Source: an uncultured Coriobacteriia bacterium (GTDB lineage: Bacteria; Actinomycetota; Coriobacteriia; Coriobacteriales; QAMH01). Taken from it: DNA of 64,000 bases. The stretch spans positions 92,029-156,028 of the forward strand of contig CAOKAE010000002.1 of assembly GCA_948466335.1 (NCBI GenBank), in the 5' to 3' direction. Position numbers and translations under genes: made by a program. This document shows positions 57,454-64,000 of this stretch, one piece after another. Each line of letters starts with the position of its first letter. Position 1 is the first letter of the stretch. Below the pieces are notes generated by a model that was not told where the DNA came from, ran no database searches, and saw only the letters and a list, made by a program, of their open reading frames with translations.

Positions 57454-58450
57454 TCAAAAACTTCGCCAGGTCGATGCAACGAGCGGAGTAGCCCATCTCG
57501 TTGTCGTACCAGGAGATGCACTTCACGAAGTTGCCCTCGCCGTCGAGCACCTTGGTGAGCTTGCTGTCGAAGATCGAGGAATGCGTGTCGCCGATGACAT
57601 CGCAGCTCACGATGGGGTCGACGCAGTACTCGAGGATGCCCTTCATCGGGCCCTCGGCGGCGGCCTTCATAGCGGCGTTGATCTCGTCGGCAGTGACGTT
57701 CTTCTCGAGCTCGACCGTGAGGTCGACCATCGAGCCCGTCGGCGTGGGAACGCGGGTCGCGAAGCCGTCAAGCTTGCCGTTGAGCTCGGGGAGCACGAGG
57801 CCGACGGCCTTGGCCGCGCCCGTGGAGGTGGGAATCATGGAAAGGGCCGCGGCACGCGAGCGACGGAAGTCCTTGTGGTGCACGTCGAGGATCTTCTGGT
57901 CGTTGGTGTAGGCATGGATGGTGTTCATGAGGCCGCGCTTGATGCCGAAGTTGTCGTTGAGGACCTTGGCGAACGGCGCGAGGCAGTTGGTCGTGCACGA
58001 GGCGTTGGAGACGATGTTCATCGTGGCCGGGTCGTAGATATCCTGGTTGACGCCCATGACGATAGTGGCGTCCACGTCGGTGCCCGGAGCGGAGATGACG
58101 ACCTTCTTGGCGCCGTTGTCGAGATGCACCTGGCAGGCCTCGCCGGTCTTGAGGCGACCCGTGGACTCGATGACGACCTCCGCGCCGACGGAAGCCCAGT
58201 CGAGCTCCTTGGGCTCGCGCGTCTGGAACGCCTTGACCTCGTGGCCCTCGACGACGAGCGCGCCTTCCTTGGCGTAGCACTCCTCGAAGACACGGCCCTG
58301 GCTGGAATCGTACTTGGTAAGGTACGCCGCGCACTCGAGATCACTCGGATTGTTGATGGCGACGACCTCTACATCGGGATCGAGCTCTGCGAGACGAAAG
58401 ACCAGACGGCCGATGCGACCAAAACCATTGATGCCGATTTTGAGAGACAT
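57446..58450 (-). CDS. gap: Type I glyceraldehyde-3-phosphate dehydrogenase
   Basis: Starts at ATG 58450 (MSLKIGINGFGRIGR). Active-site SNASCTTNCLAP. Confidence 0.97.
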   Translation of the reverse strand: MSLKIGINGFGRIGRLVFRLAELDPDVEVVAINNPSDLECAAYLTKYDSSQGRVFEECYAKEGALVVEGHEVKAFQTREPKELDWASVGAEVVIESTGRLKTGEACQVHLDNGAKKVVISAPGTDVDATIVMGVNQDIYDPATMNIVSNASCTTNCLAPFAKVLNDNFGIKRGLMNTIHAYTNDQKILDVHHKDFRRSRAAALSMIPTSTGAAKAVGLVLPELNGKLDGFATRVPTPTGSMVDLTVELEKNVTADEINAAMKAAAEGPMKGILEYCVDPIVSCDVIGDTHSSIFDSKLTKVLDGEGNFVKCISWYDNEMGYSARCIDLAKFLMQ

Positions 58451-58562
58451 TCCAGATTCACCTTCCCCTAAAAGGAACATTGACGGCACAAGTATACCGG
58501 AGGGGCACCCCGTCGAGCGCAAGTGTTCGACAGACGGGATAATGAAAGCGTGTCATTTCGAG

Positions 58563-59633
58563 CTAGAAGATGACGAGCTCGTCGCGGTTGATGAACTCGC
58601 GCTCACCGTGCTTGCCGAGCAGCTCGGAGAGCTCGTCGGCGGCATATCCGGCAAGCCCACGGCCGATGATGCGGCCCTGCAGGTCGACGACGTCGACCGG
58701 ATCGCCCGCCGCAAACGCGCCCTCGAATGACGCGATGCCCACGGGCAAGAGCGAGCCACCACGGTTGAGCAGCGCGTTGCAGGCGCCCTCGTCGCAGGCC
58801 ACACGGCCCTTGACCTTGCCTCCAAGCGCAATCCACGACTTGCGCGCCGCAAGCCCGTTGGAGCTCTCGTCGAAGAAGGTCGTGCCCACCTGGCGCCCGT
58901 GTACCGCGTCGGTAATGGCACCGCGGCGATGACCCTCGCAGATGACCATGGGAATGCCCGCCGCCATGAGCACGCGTGCCGCCGCGATCTTGGTGAGCAT
59001 GCCACCCGAACCGCTGCGGCTACCCACGCCCCCGGCGCCATTCTCGATTTCCTCACTCATCTTGCTCACGGTGTTGAGCAGTTCGGCGTCCTCGTTCTTG
59101 CGTGGATCGGCCGTGTAGAGGCCGTCGATGTCGCTCAACAGGACCACGAGGTCGGCATGGATAGAAGTCGCGACCATGGCCGCGAGCGTGTCGTTGTCAC
59201 CGAAGCGGATCTCCTCGACGGCGACGGTGTCGTTCTCGTTGATGATGGGCACCACGCCAAGCTCGAGCAGGCGCTCGATGGTGTCGCGGGCATGCAGATA
59301 GGACTCGCGCTGGCCCGTGGTCGCGCGCGTCATGAGAATCTGGCCCACCGTCACGCCGAAGCAGGCGAAGGTGTCGGTGTACTGGCGGATGAGCCCGACC
59401 TGGCCAATGGAGGCCGCGGCCTGCAACGTGGGCATGTCGTCGGGACGCTCACCGTGAATGCCGAGCACTTCGAGGCCCAGCGCGATGGAACCCGAGGACA
59501 CGATGATGGGCTGGATGCCCTCGTCGTGCATGAGGTTGGCGCACTCCGAGGCAAGATGTCCCACGAAGACGGCGTCGACCTTGCCATCCTTCACGAGGGT
59601 GGACGAGCCGATCTTGATAACCACGCGCTTCAT
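58563..59633 (-). CDS. proB: Glutamate 5-kinase (with PUA domain)
   Basis: VVIKIGSSTL and SSGSIALG. A C-terminal PUA-like segment is present. Confidence 0.93.
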   Translation of the reverse strand: MKRVVIKIGSSTLVKDGKVDAVFVGHLASECANLMHDEGIQPIIVSSGSIALGLEVLGIHGERPDDMPTLQAAASIGQVGLIRQYTDTFACFGVTVGQILMTRATTGQRESYLHARDTIERLLELGVVPIINENDTVAVEEIRFGDNDTLAAMVATSIHADLVVLLSDIDGLYTADPRKNEDAELLNTVSKMSEEIENGAGGVGSRSGSGGMLTKIAAARVLMAAGIPMVICEGHRRGAITDAVHGRQVGTTFFDESSNGLAARKSWIALGGKVKGRVACDEGACNALLNRGGSLLPVGIASFEGAFAAGDPVDVVDLQGRIIGRGLAGYAADELSELLGKHGEREFINRDELVIF

Positions 59634-59636
59634 CGT

Positions 59637-61046
59637 CTAGCCCTCTCGGTCGATGATGTTGTCGAACTCCTCGTCGCCCCAGCCCGCAGGCTCGAACTCG
59701 AAGGCGATGTCCATGATGCGCACCTCGTCGCCAGCACGGGCACCCGCCGCGGTAAGCGCACGCTCGACACCGGCGCGCTCCATGCGACGCTGGAGGAAGG
59801 CGACGGCCTCGTCGTTGTCCCATTCGGTCTGGACGACCATGCGCTCGATGCCCGTGCCGTGCACGCGCCATGCATGGGCCTCCTCCTGCTCGACCTCGAT
59901 GGCCCGGTCGCGCTCGAGGCGCTTGTGCTCCCAAATCTGGTCGTATTCGGGCACCGGGTCTTCGGCCGCCTGCTCGCGCAGACGATGGACCTCGGTAGCC
60001 GTCGCCGCGATGAGCGAGTCGATGCCCGTCTGCGTCACGGCGCTCACCGCGAAGAACGGGATGGGGTTGGCGATGTCAATGCCATCGTCGAGCAGGCGCT
60101 CGGAAAGCTCCTCGCTCTCGGCCTTCACGTGGGCGCGCAGACGTTCGAGGTTTTCCTCGGTCCCGGGTACGTCGACCTTGTTGCCCACGACGATGACGGG
60201 GCGATCGGCAAGCTCGGGGGCGTACAGCTCGAGCTCGCGCTTGATGATCTCGTAGTCCTCGACGGGATCGCGCCCCTCGAGGCCGCCCGTCAAATCGACG
60301 ACGTGCAAGATGAGGGCCGTGCGCTCGACGTGACGCAGGAACTCGTGGCCCAGGCCCTTGCCCTCGGCCGCGCCCTCGATGAGACCGGGAACGTCGGCCA
60401 CCGTGAAGCTCAGGTCGCCGTAGCGCACCATGCCGAGGTTGGGCGTGAGCGTGGTGAACGGATAGTCGGCTATCTTGGGACGCGCCGCCGACATGCAGGC
60501 GATGAGCGAGCTCTTGCCCACCGAAGGCATGCCCACGAGCGCGGCATCGGCCATGAGCTTCATCTCGAGCTCGATCCAGAACGGCTCTGTGGGCTCGCCC
60601 AGCTCGGAGAAGGACGGCGCGCGTCTGGTGGGCGTGACGAAATGCGTGTTGCCGCGGCCACCGCGACCGCCCTTGGCGACGATCACGCGCTCGCCGTTAT
60701 GGGTGAGGTCGGCAATCTCTTCGCAGGGGTTCAGGTCCTCGTCGAGCAGGCGCACGACCGTGCCCACGGGCACCTTGAGGATAAGGTCCTCGCCGTTGGC
60801 GCCATGCATGCGCTTGCCCTGGCCATGGGTGCCCTTGGCCGCCTTGAAGTGATGCTTGTAGCGATAGTCGATGAGCGTGGATACCGTGGCATCCGCGACG
60901 ATGATGATGTCGCCGCCACGTCCGCCATCGCCGCCGTCCGGCCCGCCCTTGGGAACGTGGGCCTCGCGGCGAAACGAGGTGCACCCCGCCCCGCCGTTGC
61001 CGGACTTGACCTGGATGCGTACCTGGTCGGTGAAAGTCCCCGCCAT
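59637..61046 (-). CDS. obg: GTPase Obg/CgtA
   Basis: Starts at ATG 61046 (MAGTFTDQVRIQVKSGNGGAGCTSFRRE...GGDGGRGGDII). G1 motif GMPSVGKSS. Confidence 0.95.
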   Translation of the reverse strand: MAGTFTDQVRIQVKSGNGGAGCTSFRREAHVPKGGPDGGDGGRGGDIIIVADATVSTLIDYRYKHHFKAAKGTHGQGKRMHGANGEDLILKVPVGTVVRLLDEDLNPCEEIADLTHNGERVIVAKGGRGGRGNTHFVTPTRRAPSFSELGEPTEPFWIELEMKLMADAALVGMPSVGKSSLIACMSAARPKIADYPFTTLTPNLGMVRYGDLSFTVADVPGLIEGAAEGKGLGHEFLRHVERTALILHVVDLTGGLEGRDPVEDYEIIKRELELYAPELADRPVIVVGNKVDVPGTEENLERLRAHVKAESEELSERLLDDGIDIANPIPFFAVSAVTQTGIDSLIAATATEVHRLREQAAEDPVPEYDQIWEHKRLERDRAIEVEQEEAHAWRVHGTGIERMVVQTEWDNDEAVAFLQRRMERAGVERALTAAGARAGDEVRIMDIAFEFEPAGWGDEEFDNIIDREG

Positions 61047-61048
61047 GC

Positions 61049-62284
61049 TTACAGCCCCTTGAAGTCCATGAGCGCCTCGAGGTAATCCTCCTCGACGCCC
61101 AGGCCATCGGGCGCGATCTGGAAGAGCAGGGAAATCCATCCCTCGAGCGTGCGGCCGTAGAGATTGGCGTCGAGCTCGTCGGTGATGACGGCATCGATGG
61201 CATCCTCGACGCTTCGCTCGGTATAGGGCCAGACGCCGTCTTCGCCCACGCCCAGGGCGTGCTCGATGATGTCGAGGTTGGTGTCGCTATAGAAGAGTCC
61301 CTTGATGAGCGCGGCATATCCGAGCGCGACGTCGAAGGGCACCGAATCGCCCTGGCGAATCTCGACGTAGCGCTTGAGGCGCACGTCGGGCCACACCATG
61401 CTGAAGAGATGCTCGATATCGGCCTTGGTCATGGGCGCGTCGGCATAGGCCTCGGCGGCGGTCATGCTGCCGGTCGAGTGCACGTCGGGACGGGTGATGA
61501 AGATGGGCGGCACGGAGAGCAGCCAATCCGCATAGGCGGCAAAGCCGAAGCCCTCGTCGAAGAGACCGGGGATGGCACCGCAGCGCACGGGGTCGACCTC
61601 GCGCCAGACCTTCATGCGGCGAAGCGGCGCGGAGTTGGGCTCGCCTTCGAAGACGGGGACGTTGTCGAGCAGGTACGAGAAGACGGGACCGAGTAAGGTG
61701 GCGATGCGCAGCTTGCGCACGGCATCGGCCTCGGTGGCGAAGTCGATGGAGACCTGCATGGAGGTGGTCGCGCGCATCATGCGCTCGGCGTGCATGCCGG
61801 GAAGCCTCGAGAAGTACTCGTCCATGAAGTGATAGCGCGGCTTGGGGATGATGGGCAGGTCGGCCGCGCGGTTCTTCGGGTCGTAGCCGAGCGGCACGAG
61901 CGTGTAGTCGTAGGGCTTCATGATCTGCTTCATGCGCAGCGCGAAGTTGTCGTACTCGTGTTCGACGTCGGCAAGGGAGAGCATGGGCGAGATGGAGAGC
62001 TCGAGCTGGGCGGCGGGCTCGATGGTGACGTTGGAGTCGAGGCGGAACAGCGACAGGATGTCACCTTCCTCGTTGCGCACGACCTCGGAGTAGTACGGAC
62101 TCAGCTGCTCGAGGATATCGCGCACGCCCAGGCGACCGTGCTTCTCGATGTAGGGCACGCGGTCGCCGTCCTCGTCGAGCACGAACTGCTCGATCTCAAC
62201 GCCGATGTAGCCCATGTCGCCGCCCTTGCACCCCGATTCGAGGTATTCGACGATTAGCTCGCGGTTATCGAATTGCTCGGTCAT
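61049..62284 (-). CDS. Glutamate--cysteine ligase family protein
   Basis: 411 aa. YIGVEIEQFVLD, TIEPAAQLELS and MRATTSMQVSIDF resemble gamma-glutamylcysteine synthetase families. Assignment by eye only. Confidence 0.6.
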   Translation of the reverse strand: MTEQFDNRELIVEYLESGCKGGDMGYIGVEIEQFVLDEDGDRVPYIEKHGRLGVRDILEQLSPYYSEVVRNEEGDILSLFRLDSNVTIEPAAQLELSISPMLSLADVEHEYDNFALRMKQIMKPYDYTLVPLGYDPKNRAADLPIIPKPRYHFMDEYFSRLPGMHAERMMRATTSMQVSIDFATEADAVRKLRIATLLGPVFSYLLDNVPVFEGEPNSAPLRRMKVWREVDPVRCGAIPGLFDEGFGFAAYADWLLSVPPIFITRPDVHSTGSMTAAEAYADAPMTKADIEHLFSMVWPDVRLKRYVEIRQGDSVPFDVALGYAALIKGLFYSDTNLDIIEHALGVGEDGVWPYTERSVEDAIDAVITDELDANLYGRTLEGWISLLFQIAPDGLGVEEDYLEALMDFKGL

Positions 62285-62342
62285 GACTGCCTCATTCGCC
62301 GGTGTTCTTGGTTAACCCGATATGGTACCGCAACCCGCGAAA

Positions 62343-62434
62343 TGAGACAGCGTCTCAGGCATCTTGTCTCAAAAAATGGCCAAAACTGACGAAATGCCGA
62401 TGTTTTGAGACAACGTCTCCGGGACGCTGTCTCA
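62343..62434. repeat. GAGACA/TGTCTC hairpin repeats, copies B and C, with possible alternative long-range pairing
   Basis: B: TGAGACA-N15-TGTCTCA (62343-71). C: GAGACAACGTC-TCCGG-GACGCTGTCTC (62407-33), which overlaps the LysR stop. 62343-54 is also complementary to 62423-34 (12 bp). Confidence 0.6.
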
Positions 62435-63358
62435 CTCTCCCAGGTAGCGCGCGACGAGCGGATTGCTCTTGATGACGGCGCGCAGGTTGTCGATGTAGGC
62501 CGCGAGCAAGCCGTCGAGCACGCGGTCCCTATGGATGAGGTAGCCCACGGTCATGGTGATGTCGGTGTCGAGCGGGATGGTGACGATGCCGTCTTGCATC
62601 TCGGGTGTGAGGATGCCCGTCGAAAGCGTGTAGCCATCGAAATCGGTGAGCAGGCTCGTGAGCGTGGCGCGGTCCGATATGCGGATCTTGCGCTTGTGCG
62701 GCACCTCGGAAAGCGGTTCCTCCGAGAAGAAGAACGAGTTGGCCACGCCTTGCTCGAATGAGTAGCGCGGGTAATCCTCGAGCTCGTCGAGGGTGAGCAT
62801 TTCACGTTTCGCGAGCGGATGCTGCTCTCCCACGAAGACGTTAACGGGCGCCTCGAACAGCGGGGTGAACGTGAGCTGCGCGTCCTCGAACGCGCTTCTG
62901 AGCACGCGGGCGTTGTGCCGGTCGATGTAGAGAATGCCTATATCGGAACGATGGGTGCGCACATCCTCGATGATCTCACCCGTCGCCGCCTCGCGCATGA
63001 TGAAATCGTATTCCTCGTCATCGCACCTATCCACGGTGTCGATGAAGGCGCGCACGCAGAACGCGTAGTGCTGCGTCGAGACCGAGAAGCGTGCCTCGTG
63101 ACTCTTGCGCGCGTAATGTTCCTCGAGCATGTTGGCCTGCTCAACGATCTGGCGCGCGTAGGCCAGCAGCTCGTTGCCCTCGTTGGTGAGTGCGACACCG
63201 CGGTTCGTGCGCGTGAAGATGCGAATGCCAAACTCGCTTTCGAGCTCCTTGACGGCAATGGAGAGATTCGACTGCGATGCGTACATGCGCTTTGCCGCCG
63301 CGCTCATGGAACCCGTCTCGGCGATGGCGATGAGATAGCGGAGCTGTTGCAGTGTCAT
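62432..63358 (-). CDS. LysR family transcriptional regulator
   Basis: MTLQQLRYLIAIAETGSMSAAAKRMYASQSNLSIAVKELE, plus a substrate-binding domain. Confidence 0.92.
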   Translation of the reverse strand: MTLQQLRYLIAIAETGSMSAAAKRMYASQSNLSIAVKELESEFGIRIFTRTNRGVALTNEGNELLAYARQIVEQANMLEEHYARKSHEARFSVSTQHYAFCVRAFIDTVDRCDDEEYDFIMREAATGEIIEDVRTHRSDIGILYIDRHNARVLRSAFEDAQLTFTPLFEAPVNVFVGEQHPLAKREMLTLDELEDYPRYSFEQGVANSFFFSEEPLSEVPHKRKIRISDRATLTSLLTDFDGYTLSTGILTPEMQDGIVTIPLDTDITMTVGYLIHRDRVLDGLLAAYIDNLRAVIKSNPLVARYLGE

Positions 63359-63372
63359 GGGCCTCCCTTTGA

Positions 63373-63431
63373 TTGCATATATCGCATGGCAACCTATTTT
63401 ATCAATAGCAAGATATGCAAACTACGCATGG
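63373..63431. promoter_or_regulatory. Two candidate LysR boxes in the divergent promoter
   Basis: TTGCATATATCGCATGG (63373-89; TGC-N7-GCA) and TATGCAAACTACGCATGG (63414-31; ATGC-N7-GCAT). Both end in CGCATGG. Confidence 0.4.
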
Positions 63432-63522
63432 TCAAAGTTCTATGCAAGCGGTCGAAAGAGTGGTGAAATAGCGGACGTCTATTTGAGAGCAGGCTTTGAG
63501 AACACGCGAAAGGAGTCTCAGC

Positions 63523-64000
63523 ATGGCAAAGAAGAACGTTCCCTATGACCAAGAGTACTACGACAAAGAGATCGAGACCATGCCGCGTGAGCAGCTTGAA
63601 GAGCTGCAGCTCGGCTACCTCAAGGACGAGCTGAAGTTCGCCTACGACAATTGCCCGTATTACAAGCGCGCTTGGGACGAGGCCGGCGTCTCGCCCGAAA
63701 TCGAAAGCCTTGCCGACCTGCAGAAGTTCCCCTTCATCAACAAGCAGACTGAGCGCGACACCCAGGGCGTCGGCAGCTTCTTCGGCGAGCTGTGCGGCGT
63801 GCCCGAAGATGACGTCGTCTACATGGCCACTTCGTCGGGCTCAACCGGCGTGCCCACCATGAGCCCGTTCACCCAGGGTGACTTCGAGGACTTCATGAAG
63901 GCCGAGAGTCGCCTGTTCTGGCAGGCGGGCATGCGCCCCAACGACCGCTACCTGCACGGCATGAACTTCGCGCTCTACGTCGGCGGTCCCTGCGTCATCG
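63523..64000 (+). CDS. Phenylacetate-CoA ligase family protein (PaaK/F390 synthetase-like), C-terminus outside window
   Basis: SD AAAGGAG 7 nt before ATG 63523. Contains YYKRAWDEAGV...LADLQKFPFINK...MATSSGSTGVPT. Confidence 0.85.
   Translation, partial: MAKKNVPYDQEYYDKEIETMPREQLEELQLGYLKDELKFAYDNCPYYKRAWDEAGVSPEIESLADLQKFPFINKQTERDTQGVGSFFGELCGVPEDDVVYMATSSGSTGVPTMSPFTQGDFEDFMKAESRLFWQAGMRPNDRYLHGMNFALYVGGPCVI

Noticed and set aside
58899-61085. 728-aa plus-strand ORF, and similar long antisense ORFs at 12823..14139, 18050..19759, 21873..22970, 22907..24067, 32775..34547, 34468..35988, 35998..36972, 37069..39225, 44420..46024, 50004..51593 and 55030..56421
   Set aside because: All lie opposite genes with clear family motifs (proB/obg, tig, nth/GT2, GT2, GT4, trkH, P-type ATPase, dnaK, GT2 synthase, metG). 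Their products are compositionally biased, so I treat them as high-GC shadow ORFs.

Overview
This is a high-GC chromosomal segment with about 60 protein genes, mostly on the minus strand, and one tRNA. Gene content (dnaK-grpE-dnaJ-hspR-clpB, a multi-TM LuxR-type regulator, a bis-MGD molybdoenzyme) suggests Actinomycetota, probably Coriobacteriia/Eggerthellaceae; that is inference only.

Contents, left to right:
- partial AAA ATPase
- ada/alkA-ogt alkylation repair pair
- membrane protein and TetR regulator
- secreted double esterase
- frameshifted LuxR regulator
- tRNA-Ala
- deacetylase and an Arg-rich membrane protein
- rlmH and tig
- a cofactor-atypical molybdopterin oxidoreductase followed by three small unknown genes
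- nth
- a galactofuranose glycopolymer cluster (GT2, tadA, glf, gtrA, GT2, GT4, ABC exporter)
- sensorless histidine kinase, coaX and a response regulator
- htrA, mobA, rsgA
- two TrkH paralogs, each tied to the same extracytoplasmic domain
- P-type ATPase
- clpB-hspR-dnaJ-grpE-dnaK
- ferredoxin and GNAT
- infC-rpmI-rplT
- a processive GT2 synthase operon
- rsmA, an Isf-like flavoprotein, tatD, metG, rsmI, gap, proB, obg
- a glutamate-cysteine-ligase-like gene
- LysR regulator and a partial PaaK-like ligase

The most unusual signals are non-coding:
- A three-copy family of roughly 155-158 bp imperfect palindromes (11155-11312, 51648-51802, 57297-57453). The interiors are conserved, but the closing stems differ in sequence while staying base-paired.
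- A second small hairpin family (4678-4706, 62343-62434).
- Twin 25/29-bp perfect palindromes at 631-690.
- A tandem duplicated terminator module after rplT.

All calls rest on reading the translated ORFs and the DNA by eye. No database search, folding or statistics were run. Many ORF-track starts are over-extended and were trimmed using SD sequences and neighbour overlaps. Long ORFs antisense to recognisable genes are treated as high-GC shadow ORFs.
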